Shown: positions 55,501 through 63,239 of the stretch, piece by piece | Layout: each line of letters opens with the position of its first letter | Position numbering within the stretch: position 1 is the stretch's first letter | From: Bacteroidales bacterium | GTDB taxonomy: Bacteria > Bacteroidota > Bacteroidia > Bacteroidales > M50B96 | Length of the DNA stretch: 64,000 nucleotides | Reading direction: 5' to 3' | NCBI GenBank assembly: GCA_018401015.1 | Contig: JAGYLP010000009.1 | Coordinates: 11,599-75,598 of the forward strand | Translations under genes and position numbers: made by a program | The notes under the pieces: model-generated | Told to the model about the DNA's origin: nothing | The model's input: the letters and a program-made list of their open reading frames with translations, nothing else | The model's database searches: none

Positions 55501-55846
55501 GTTAAACAATGAAATACGATTCCCTTTTGTACGATATTTTACCCGAAAACCGCTTAGCAGCGACTTTTTCACTCACTTACAGCTCGTTGGGTTTTTCGAT
55601 TTTGGAACAGCCTGGTCGGGCGCGTCGCCCTTCTCGACCGATAATGCCTACAACTACATTGTAACCGACAATGGTCCGATTACCGTTGTCCTCAACAAAG
55701 ACCACAATCCCTTTGTATATGGCTATGGTTGGGGACTGCGGACGAAACTCTTTGGTTATTTTGTTCGAGCCGATTGGGCTTGGGGTGTAGAGGACCAGAT
55801 TATTCAACCGCGCATTTTTTACATTTCACTTAGCATGGATTTTTAG
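52577..55846 (+). CDS. Large outer-membrane protein: N-terminal domain of unknown function, TolB-like PD40 beta-propeller repeats, C-terminal Omp85/surface-antigen-like beta-barrel
   Basis: 1089 aa. PD40-like repeats (SQDGNYLAWVSNKKGRYKIYLQDLNSGK; WHPSNEILAFITTLQGKNWLHFYN; AHDGLKLVMSATQKGQSDIFIH). The C-terminal ~350 aa has alternating beta-strand character, GYGWGLRTKLFGYFVRADWAW, and a terminal Phe (SLSMDF). Confidence 0.65.
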   Translation: MTTSTAKASFHYLIVSGIFIILMLPAGLFAQFFNGHQMSFGKNRVQHREFLWQFYRFEKFDTYYYVNGRELAELTAEIAHEEIPALENFFQYNLQKRVIFLVYNKLSDFRQSNVGLISNDSERNIGGVTQIVNNKVHLYFEGDREKFRQQIKGAISEVIINEMLYGSSFRERLANSTLLSIPEWYLTGLKSYLSTDWNFEIENFVRDGVSTGIFEKFNHLKGEQARYAGHAIWAYVAEEFGRSTIPNIVYLTRVHKNAEQGFLYVLGTDFEALTLEWLYKLQQRFEQDSFEPLLTESPDFWLHSKKKVKITQARKSQDGNYLAWVSNKKGRYKIYLQDLNSGKKRKIFQKEHPLEQITDYSYPILAWHPSNEILAFITTLQGKNWLHFYNIPEKKMDKVELFGFEKILSFSYAHDGLKLVMSATQKGQSDIFIHYLTSHTNQAITNDFADDFNPVFINNSTQILFSSNRKSTDNSTELGPDLPTQATKDIYLYDLDKENPGLTRITETPFDDEDFPHLLKKNTYAYLSNAQGVYHLYEALYDSTIAYIDTIVHYRYFSRHKPISYNDRNIEYFDLTDPAEAIEIYFKDNRYHLRRRPLPFERDIPSTTGESYYKQSFKNQLLQRDSLKQTRLSKLEEEIKRITEAELNLPPDTLIDIGNYVFEIEKPNSPKRKDFLLKQKEKLNLEIPRPRIYQTAFYQDYMVNQIDFTFLNAAYQQFTGGAVYYNPGFNFFFKTGVNELFEDYRLTGGVRFSTDFQSNEYLLSFENLKKRLDEQYILHRQTFQEIGTQSARKNFTHQGMYIRTYPFSQVAAIKGTLTLRHDRQVTLSTDNSTARETDIQKAWSGFRLEYIFDNTTPLVLNINAGTRFKVFAEGYWEIDGTPSDLYVFGADFRYYQPIHRELIWASRVAASTNFGRSRLIYYMGSLDNWMSFLSGQEVFDRSVAIDQSQNFVYQTLATNMRGFPQNIRNGNSFFLLNNEIRFPFVRYFTRKPLSSDFFTHLQLVGFFDFGTAWSGASPFSTDNAYNYIVTDNGPITVVLNKDHNPFVYGYGWGLRTKLFGYFVRADWAWGVEDQIIQPRIFYISLSMDF

Positions 55847-55847
55847 C

Positions 55848-56210
55848 ATGATGGAAGTTATTATACTCTTATTAATTGGACTGACCGCCGGCTTTTTAAG
55901 CGGCGGATTTGGCATTGGAGGCGGTATTATTATTATACCCGCTTTAATTTTCTTACTCGGATTTACCCAACATCAGGCCTCGGGCACCTCGTTAGCTTTT
56001 ATGTCGGCCCCCATTGGGTTGTTAGCTGCTATCAATTACTACAAAGCAGGTCATGTGAACATGAAAGCAGCTCTTTTAATCTTAGGTGCTTTCTTCATTG
56101 GAAGTTATGTGGGTAGTAAAGTAGCTATTCAGATTCCTGAAAAAGCCCTACAGCGAGCCTTTGGGGTGATTTTACTCCTATCGTCGATAAAATTCATTAT
56201 AGGAAAATGA
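55848..56210 (+). CDS. Half-size (4-TM) TSUP/TauE-SafE family membrane protein
   Basis: 120 aa. LIGLTAGFLSGGFGIGGGIIIIPALIFL is the canonical TauE N-terminal motif. Only about 4 TM segments are present. The start is 1 nt after the upstream stop, and an ATGA overlap joins it to the next gene. Confidence 0.75.
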   Translation: MMEVIILLLIGLTAGFLSGGFGIGGGIIIIPALIFLLGFTQHQASGTSLAFMSAPIGLLAAINYYKAGHVNMKAALLILGAFFIGSYVGSKVAIQIPEKALQRAFGVILLLSSIKFIIGK

Positions 56211-57397
56211 GCGGAAACCTGGCAGAAAAAATTCGGCAGCAGGCGCATATACTCCTGAACGACGTAATCGCAATTCGCAGGCATATTCATGCCCATCCCG
56301 AATTATCTTTTCAGGAAAAAGAAACCTCTGCCTACATACAATCCATTCTTCGATCCTGGGATGTTCCATTCAAAACCGGTTTTGCCAATCATGGAATTGT
56401 AGCCATTCTCGACAGTGGAAAACCTGGAAAAACCATCGCAATGCGAGCCGATATGGATGCATTGCCCATACATGAAAAAACAAGTCATGACTTCCGGTCC
56501 CTCAACCACGGGGTGATGCATGCTTGCGGTCACGATGCTCATACTGCATCGCTCCTCGGGGTTATCCGGATTTTACAACACTTACGCGATACGTGGCAAG
56601 GAAAAATGCTTTTCCTTTTTCAACCTGCCGAAGAATTAGCTCCGGGCGGCGCACAACAAATGCTTTTAGATGGAGCTCTCGATAATCCAGCTCCCGATTA
56701 CATTATTGGTCAGCACGTTATGCCCGGAATGGAAACGGGTAAAATTGGAATGCGCCCCGGTATTTACATGGCTTCTTCCGACGAGATTTATCTTCGCATT
56801 CACGGGAAGGGTGGTCATGCAGCCATGCCCCATTTAATCAACGACACGGTAGCCATTGCTGCACAAATCATTGTGAATCTGCAACAAATTGCCAGTCGAT
56901 TTGCCCCTGCTCACATTCCCACCGTCCTTTCGTTTGGACGAGTGATTGCCGACGGTGCGAACAATGTTATTCCCAGCGAAGTAAGTATCGACGGAACCTT
57001 CCGAACAATGGATGAAAGCTGGCGCATGCGTGCCAAGGATCTGATTCGAACCATTGCTCAATCAACAGCCGAATCGATGGGGGCAAGTTGCGAAGTGGAG
57101 ATACGAAAAGGTTATCCGGTATTGATCAACGACGAAGCCTTAACCGCCAAAGCTCAACAAGCAGCTCGGGAATTTTTAGGAGAAGAGCAATTGGAAGAAC
57201 TCGATATTCGGATGACTGCCGAAGACTTTGCTTATTACGGACAGCGTTTCCCGGCTTGTTTTTACCGACTTGGCATTCATAACGAAACAAAAGGAATTAT
57301 TCATCCGTTACATTCCGCAGCATTTGACCTCGATGAAGACAGCCTCCTAACAGGCATGAGCTTCATGGCCTATTTAGCATGCAACCTAACTCAATAA
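56207..57397 (+). CDS. M20 family amidohydrolase (N-acyl-amino acid / hippurate hydrolase-like)
   Basis: 396 aa. IRRHIHAHPELSFQEKET, MRADMDALP, HACGHDAH, FQPAEE, GKGGHAAMP. Confidence 0.9.
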   Translation: MSGNLAEKIRQQAHILLNDVIAIRRHIHAHPELSFQEKETSAYIQSILRSWDVPFKTGFANHGIVAILDSGKPGKTIAMRADMDALPIHEKTSHDFRSLNHGVMHACGHDAHTASLLGVIRILQHLRDTWQGKMLFLFQPAEELAPGGAQQMLLDGALDNPAPDYIIGQHVMPGMETGKIGMRPGIYMASSDEIYLRIHGKGGHAAMPHLINDTVAIAAQIIVNLQQIASRFAPAHIPTVLSFGRVIADGANNVIPSEVSIDGTFRTMDESWRMRAKDLIRTIAQSTAESMGASCEVEIRKGYPVLINDEALTAKAQQAAREFLGEEQLEELDIRMTAEDFAYYGQRFPACFYRLGIHNETKGIIHPLHSAAFDLDEDSLLTGMSFMAYLACNLTQ

Positions 57398-57406
57398 TTT
57401 TTTCAC

Positions 57407-58009
57407 ATGAAACCAGAAAAACAAACAGACTATCCCATTCACGAATTCATTAAAAAACGTTGGAGTCCACGTGCCTTTAGCGAAAAAGCAATCCCTACCA
57501 ACGAAATTCTTTCCTTATTCGAAGCAGCTCGTTGGGCTGCCTCGGCTCGTAACCTACAACCCTGGTATTTTATCTGGGCAAATAAGGACAATCCCGAAAT
57601 GTATCGTGAGTTGAGCGAATGCCTCGACCCGTGGAATGAGTCATGGACCCGCACCGCCGACTTACTCCTGATTGCCTTGGTGAATACTGTAAGTGGAAGC
57701 GATAAAAAATATAAAAATGAAACAGCCCTTTTCGACCTTGGTCTAGCCATTGGAAATATGACTACTCAGGCAAGTAGTTCAGGCATTTACCTACACAATA
57801 TGGGCGGTATTAAACCCGACTTGATTCGCGAAAAGTTTCAACTTCCTGCTGAAATTATTCCGGTTGTGATGATTGCTGGTGGCTATTTAGGAAATGTAGA
57901 GCAAATCCCCGCCGATATCGCAGCGAGCGAGTATCTGGTTCAAGAGAGAAAGGGACAAGAAGAATTTGTTTTTAGCGACTTCCCCGACTGGAGCAAGATT
58001 AAGTACTAA
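57407..58009 (+). CDS. Nitroreductase family protein
   Basis: 200 aa. IKKRWSPRAF, AARWAASARNLQPW. Confidence 0.85.
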   Translation: MKPEKQTDYPIHEFIKKRWSPRAFSEKAIPTNEILSLFEAARWAASARNLQPWYFIWANKDNPEMYRELSECLDPWNESWTRTADLLLIALVNTVSGSDKKYKNETALFDLGLAIGNMTTQASSSGIYLHNMGGIKPDLIREKFQLPAEIIPVVMIAGGYLGNVEQIPADIAASEYLVQERKGQEEFVFSDFPDWSKIKY

Positions 58010-58069
58010 ACAACTCATTTTACTGGTGGAAATTTTATACTATTGCTTAAACAACTTGAGGTTTAAGCA

Positions 58070-59551
58070 ATGATTAAAATTTCCACTTTTTTATTGGCCA
58101 TTCTCTTCATCTTTGTTCATTTCCAACGAGGTATTGTTGCACAAACCCTTGTTATTAATGAATTCATGGCATCGAATGCCACCAGCCTGAGCGATGAAAG
58201 CGGCTCCTATCCCGATTGGATTGAACTATACAATGCAGGAACGACTGTGATGAATCTTGCCGGGATGTATCTCAGCGACGATCCGGCCACTCCCCTAAAG
58301 CACCAATTTCCCTATGGGAATGACTCCACCGAAATACAACCAGGCGAATACCTCATCCTTTGGGCCGATAATGATTCGGAGGAAGGGGTTTTACATGTGA
58401 GTTTTCAGCTCAGTGCCGGAGGAGAAAGCATTGCCCTTTACACTTCGTCGGGTAATATGGTTGATTTCGTAACCTTCGACGAGCAGGTGACCGATGTTTC
58501 CTATGGTCGATTCGGCGATGGTAGTCCGGATTGGATTTTCTATGGCAATGCCAGTCCCGGAACCAGCAATCCGCTCTTTTACCTGAGTCCTTCCGAAACC
58601 GAGTTTGTCTTTACAGCAACGGGAGGCTACTCAACGAACCTCGTCGTTGCAGCCAATGTTAACTGGACTGCTTCAAGTTCGCTTAGTTGGATTAGCCTCA
58701 GCGACTTATCGGGCACAAACGATGGAGTGATTACCATTACCTCTTTGAGTGCGAACACTACTCCAACCATGAGAGAAGGCATTATTGAGCTGAGTTCAAC
58801 TGAAACGGGCAACCTGAGTGTCGTTATCAAGCAACTGGGAAACACCATCATTCCACCCATCGTAATCAATGAGGTAATGGCCTCGAACGCGAATACGATT
58901 GCCGACGAGTTTGGCGACTTCGACGATTGGTTTGAGCTTTACAACAAAGGGAATGTACCCATCGACTTGGGAGGTTATTACCTAACCGACGATTTAGGCG
59001 ATCCGCTCAAACATCAAATACCTATAGGGCAACCAGCACTTACTACGATTCAACCCAATTCCTATCTTCTTTTTTGGGCCGACGACGAACCAGCACAAGG
59101 AGTTTTGCATTTACCATTTAAATTATCGGCTTCGGGTGAAGACCTGGGTTTGTATATTGATTCCTATACCCCTATCGACCTGATTAGTTTTCCAACAATG
59201 GTAAGCGATCAGTCTTATGGTCGAATAAGCGATGGTATAAATTCATGGACTTATTTTGACGAACCTACTCCTGGGTCTTCCAATTCCACCGTTAGCAGCG
59301 AGTTATTAACCTTGGTCGAATCGTGGATGGTGTATCCTAATCCGGGTCAAGGACTATATTATCTTCAATCATCGCTCTACCCCATTCGGATTCGAGTATT
59401 TAATGCATCGGGACAAATCCTTGTAAACGAATCGATTTCAAGTAGAGACCAAGCCATCGATTTGCAATCCTATCCTACTGGAATTTATTTTTTAGAAATA
59501 CAAAGCGACAAGAAACGCGACACCAAAAAAATTATCCATCACGGCCGCTAG
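58070..59551 (+). CDS. T9SS type A cargo with LTD - BACON - LTD architecture
   Basis: 493 aa. Two lamin-tail-like domains (LVINEFMASN...DWIELYN...LAGMYLSDD ; IVINEVMASN...DWFELYN...LGGYYLTDD). A central BACON-like segment (FVFTATGGYSTNLVVAANVNWTASSSLSWISL). Type A CTD VYPNPGQGLYYLQ...YPTGIYFLEI. Confidence 0.8.
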   Translation: MIKISTFLLAILFIFVHFQRGIVAQTLVINEFMASNATSLSDESGSYPDWIELYNAGTTVMNLAGMYLSDDPATPLKHQFPYGNDSTEIQPGEYLILWADNDSEEGVLHVSFQLSAGGESIALYTSSGNMVDFVTFDEQVTDVSYGRFGDGSPDWIFYGNASPGTSNPLFYLSPSETEFVFTATGGYSTNLVVAANVNWTASSSLSWISLSDLSGTNDGVITITSLSANTTPTMREGIIELSSTETGNLSVVIKQLGNTIIPPIVINEVMASNANTIADEFGDFDDWFELYNKGNVPIDLGGYYLTDDLGDPLKHQIPIGQPALTTIQPNSYLLFWADDEPAQGVLHLPFKLSASGEDLGLYIDSYTPIDLISFPTMVSDQSYGRISDGINSWTYFDEPTPGSSNSTVSSELLTLVESWMVYPNPGQGLYYLQSSLYPIRIRVFNASGQILVNESISSRDQAIDLQSYPTGIYFLEIQSDKKRDTKKIIHHGR

Positions 59552-59729
59552 ATTTGCCATGGATAGCCGCCGATTTACCGAAGTTTTTTTGTATGTTTGC
59601 TCTTGCGGATAAATCCCTTAAGGATAGCTTCTTAAGGCTTATTTTCCACTTTCCTGTTAAGGAAATTCATTTCCTCGGCAAGGTAAAGTTTTATCAATCT
59701 TATTAGTAACTCTATAATCGATCAATACT

Positions 59730-60860
59730 ATGCAGTTTGTTGTTTCAAGCGGAGAATTATTCAAGCACCTTCAACTGGTAGGCAAAGTAATTAACAATAA
59801 AAATTCGATGCCTATTCTGGACAATTACTTATTCAAGCTGGAAGACGGCGATTTAAGCATCACCGCCTCCGACCTGGAGACTACCCTTAGCACTCGGATT
59901 AAACCCGAATCGACCGAAGGGAATGGGATTATTGCTATTGAGGCTCGTCGGTTGAACGACATACTACGTGAGTTTCCCGAGCAACCCTTAACGTTTCAAA
60001 TCAATATCGACAGCCGAAAGGTAGATATCGCTTCCGACAAAGGAAACTACAACATCATGGGTCATTCTGGCGACGAATACCCACAATTCCCTCATATTAA
60101 GGAAGAACAAGCGGTTCACACGCAATTAAAATCCGAAATTCTTTTAAGTGGAATTAGCAAAACAATTTTTGCAACCGCCGACGATGAATTGCGCCCAGTT
60201 ATGAACGGTATCTTCATCGAAATTGGATTAGACCGGATTACCTTTGTTGCTTCCGATTCGCATAAATTGGTTACATACAGCCGAAAAGATTTTACGAGCG
60301 AGCACGAAACGGGCATTATTCTCCCGAAGAAACCAGCTTCTCTATTAAAAAATCTCCTCCTCAAGGACGATGGAATGGTTCAGGTAAGTTTCGATTCCAA
60401 AAACGCCCTCTTTACCATGGCCGATTACAAAATGGTTTGCCGCTTGGTCGAAGGAAAATATCCTGCTTACAATTCCGTCATTCCGGTGAATAATCCTTAT
60501 AAGATGATTATCGACCGGGTTGAATTCCAGAACTGTCTGAAACGGGTGAATATCTTTTCCAATCAATCGAGCAATCTGGTAAAACTGAGTGTTTCTAACG
60601 ATCAAGTAGAAGTATCGGCACAAGACATCGACTATTCCATTTCCGCAGAAGAGAAGTTACCCTGTCAATTCGATGGGAATCCAATTAACATTGGGTTTAA
60701 ATCAGTCTTTCTGATTGAAATCCTGAGCAACCTGCCCACCTCCGATATTGTTTTGGAGTTGGCCGATCCATCTCGAGCCGGCATCTTATTACCCTTCGAC
60801 AATGAATCGAAAGACGAAGAGCTCCTCATGCTCATTATGCCTATGATGCTTTCGAACTAG
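59730..60860 (+). CDS. dnaN: DNA polymerase III subunit beta (sliding clamp)
   Basis: 376 aa. Typical N-terminus and three-domain length. RPVMNGIFIE, ATDSHKL-like VASDSHKLV, EGKYPAYNSVIP, LMLIMPMM C-terminus. Confidence 0.95.
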   Translation: MQFVVSSGELFKHLQLVGKVINNKNSMPILDNYLFKLEDGDLSITASDLETTLSTRIKPESTEGNGIIAIEARRLNDILREFPEQPLTFQINIDSRKVDIASDKGNYNIMGHSGDEYPQFPHIKEEQAVHTQLKSEILLSGISKTIFATADDELRPVMNGIFIEIGLDRITFVASDSHKLVTYSRKDFTSEHETGIILPKKPASLLKNLLLKDDGMVQVSFDSKNALFTMADYKMVCRLVEGKYPAYNSVIPVNNPYKMIIDRVEFQNCLKRVNIFSNQSSNLVKLSVSNDQVEVSAQDIDYSISAEEKLPCQFDGNPINIGFKSVFLIEILSNLPTSDIVLELADPSRAGILLPFDNESKDEELLMLIMPMMLSN

Positions 60861-60889
60861 CATCGAAGCTTAACAATATTTTTTAACGA

Positions 60890-60922
60890 ATAGCCACCGT
60901 GTTGAGCGGTGGCTATTTATTT
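60890..60922 (+). terminator. Probable terminator after dnaN
   Basis: Perfect 10-bp stem atagccaccg / cggtggctat with a 7-nt loop, followed by a weak T-rich tail (ttattt). Confidence 0.55.
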
Positions 60923-60968
60923 AACGGCCCTTTGATACTTCAGAAAGGCCCTATTCCATCCAAAAACT

Positions 60969-61739
60969 ATGAAATTAAACTTACAAAAACCCATTGCCTT
61001 TTTCGATCTTGAAACAACCGGAACGAACGTAGTGAACGATCGCATTGTGGAAATTGCAATCCTAAAAATCCTTCCGAATGGCAACAGAGAATCAAAGGTA
61101 TATCGGGTTAATCCGGGAATTCCGATTCCGGAATCGGTCACTCAAATTCATGGCATTAGCAACGAAGATGTGGCAGACAAACCCTACTTCAAAGAAATCG
61201 CCCACACAATTGCCGATTTTATTGCCGGATGCGATTTAGCCGGTTACAATAGTAATCTGTTCGATATTCCGGTACTGGCCGAAGAGTTTATTCGGGCGGA
61301 AGTAAGTATCGACTTAAAAAAACATCGCTTCGTCGATGTACAAGTTATTTTCCATAAAATGGAACAACGAACCCTTTCAGCTGCTTACCAATTTTACTGT
61401 CAAAAAAATTTAGAAAACGCTCACTCAGCCATGGCCGATACCCTTGCAACTTTTGAAGTGCTTGAGGCTCAGTTAGACCGTTACCCCGACCTGAAAAACG
61501 ATATCGACTATTTAAGCAAATTTTCCAGCTACCATAATTTTGCCGATTTTGCCGGTCGATTCATTTACAACCAACACAAAGAAGAGCTTTTCAACTTTGG
61601 AAAACACAAAGGCAAAAAAGTAAGCGACGTTCTAAAACGCGAACCCGGCTATTATCAGTGGATGATGGATGGGGACTTTCCCGCTTATACCAAGAAATTA
61701 CTTACCGAAATAAAGCTTCGCGAACTCAAAGCTAGTTAA
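60969..61739 (+). CDS. DnaQ-like 3'-5' exonuclease with an ExoX-like C-terminal extension
   Basis: 256 aa. Exo I FFDLETTG, Exo II GYNSNLFDIPVL, Exo III HSAMADT. C-terminal FGKHKGKKVSDV...YYQWM segment. Confidence 0.88.
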   Translation: MKLNLQKPIAFFDLETTGTNVVNDRIVEIAILKILPNGNRESKVYRVNPGIPIPESVTQIHGISNEDVADKPYFKEIAHTIADFIAGCDLAGYNSNLFDIPVLAEEFIRAEVSIDLKKHRFVDVQVIFHKMEQRTLSAAYQFYCQKNLENAHSAMADTLATFEVLEAQLDRYPDLKNDIDYLSKFSSYHNFADFAGRFIYNQHKEELFNFGKHKGKKVSDVLKREPGYYQWMMDGDFPAYTKKLLTEIKLRELKAS

Positions 61740-61746
61740 AGGGGAT

Positions 61747-62700
61747 TTATTTGCGCCGAATAGCCCTAAGGGCTGCTTCCACAATATTGTTCTGACTCAA
61801 ACCATATAATTCCAGGAGCTCCTCGGGCTTTCCGCTTTGACCAAATCGATCGTCGACAGCAACATATTCTAAAGGAGTAGGATTGAATCTAGCGAATACT
61901 TGCGCCAGGCTATCGCCTAAGCCGCCATTCATGAGATGTTCTTCGGCTGAAACAGCGGCACGCGTTTTCTGGACCGATTTCAGCACAGCCTCTGTATCGA
62001 GCGGCTTAATGGTGTGGATATTAATCAATTCGGCACTAACACCCTGTTCCGCAAGTTGATAGCAAGCTTGCAGCGCTGGCCAGAGCAAGTGGCCCGTTGC
62101 AAAAATACTCACATCGCTACCCTCCTCCATTAGAATCGCTTTTCCAATGACAAATTCTTGATTTTCAGGAGTAAAATTAGCCACTTTCGGACGACCAAAA
62201 CGGAGGTAAACCGGTCCTTCGTGAGCATAGACCGCCTTGGTTGCCGCTTTGGTTTGATTGTAATCGGCAGGATTAATAACCACCATGTTCGGAAGCATCT
62301 TCATCAATCCGATATCTTCCATAATTTGGTGAGTAGCACCATCTTCGCCTAAAGTTAATCCAGCATGGCTGGCTCCGATTTTTACATTTTTGTTCGAGTA
62401 AGCAACTACTTGACGAATCTGGTCGTACACCCTACCCGTAGCAAAATTGGCAAAGGTTCCCACAAAAGGAACGCGTCCCCCATTGGCTAGTCCTGCTGCC
62501 ACGCCCATCATGTTGGCCTCAGCAATTCCAGCTTGAAAAAAACGATCGGGAAAGGCAGACGCAAAAGCATCCATTTTAAGCGAACCGGTTAAATCGGCAC
62601 AAAGAGCAACAATATTAGCATGCTCTTTACCTAATTCAAGCAGTGCGGCCCCAAATCCGGAGCGTGTATCTTGCATGGAGCTGGGTGTAATCTTAGCCAT
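61747..62700 (-). CDS. Transketolase, C-terminal (pyrimidine-binding) subunit of a split enzyme
   Basis: 317 aa. RSGFGAALLELG, ADLTGS, GIAEANMMGVAAGLA, GEDGATHQ. No N-terminal subunit gene is adjacent. Confidence 0.92.
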   Translation of the reverse strand: MAKITPSSMQDTRSGFGAALLELGKEHANIVALCADLTGSLKMDAFASAFPDRFFQAGIAEANMMGVAAGLANGGRVPFVGTFANFATGRVYDQIRQVVAYSNKNVKIGASHAGLTLGEDGATHQIMEDIGLMKMLPNMVVINPADYNQTKAATKAVYAHEGPVYLRFGRPKVANFTPENQEFVIGKAILMEEGSDVSIFATGHLLWPALQACYQLAEQGVSAELINIHTIKPLDTEAVLKSVQKTRAAVSAEEHLMNGGLGDSLAQVFARFNPTPLEYVAVDDRFGQSGKPEELLELYGLSQNNIVEAALRAIRRK

Positions 62701-62722
62701 GATATGTGAGTTAAATTTCTGG

Positions 62723-62730
62723 CAAAAATA
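62723..62730 (-). promoter_or_regulatory. -7 promoter box (TATTTTTG on the minus strand)
   Basis: Exact TAnnTTTG, 23 nt upstream of the ATG at 62700. Confidence 0.45.
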
Positions 62731-63168
62731 AAAGAAGCATTAGGAAAAAGTATCCGGAATCTAAAAGCTTTTCATTGTTTATTAACATAAACGATCCTGC
62801 TCAAACTAACAGGTATTTTTACTTAGGAAAGATGAATTTCTCATCCATGGGAAGAGATTTTTTCTTCTTTCGTAGGATGACCTTTAATTAAAAGAAAGAT
62901 GCTTTACTAGATAGAAGCTAATAGAGGGAACTAGTTATCAGCAATAATATAGAAACCCACCTAAAATAGACTATTTCTAAATAAAGAATCATCAAATAAA
63001 CAGGTCTAATGCGAGCTAAAAGGAAATATAGGGAGATTACTCAAGAAAGCAGCCATTACCAAGTAAACAGTAGCTTTCTAAAAGACATCTAACTGTATAC
63101 TTCAAAAAGAATATGATTTTGATTGCAAAGTCACTTGAAATCCTGTACTAGTTTTAGTTTTTATTGAC

Positions 63169-63176
63169 TATGTTTG
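63169..63176 (+). promoter_or_regulatory. -7 promoter box TATGTTTG
   Basis: Exact TAnnTTTG, 64 nt upstream of the ATG at 63240. Confidence 0.4.
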
Positions 63177-63239
63177 TCCCGGTAATCGATAGTATGAAAT
63201 GACATTTCTCTTGAGCTTACTTAATCAGAAATATACGTA

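Noticed and set aside
59552-59729. Possible replication origin upstream of dnaN.
   Set aside because: I found only one near-consensus DnaA box (tgcggataa at 59604-59612, one mismatch to TGTGGATAA). There is no dnaA gene adjacent, no box cluster and no obvious AT-rich unwinding element. That is insufficient for an oriC call.
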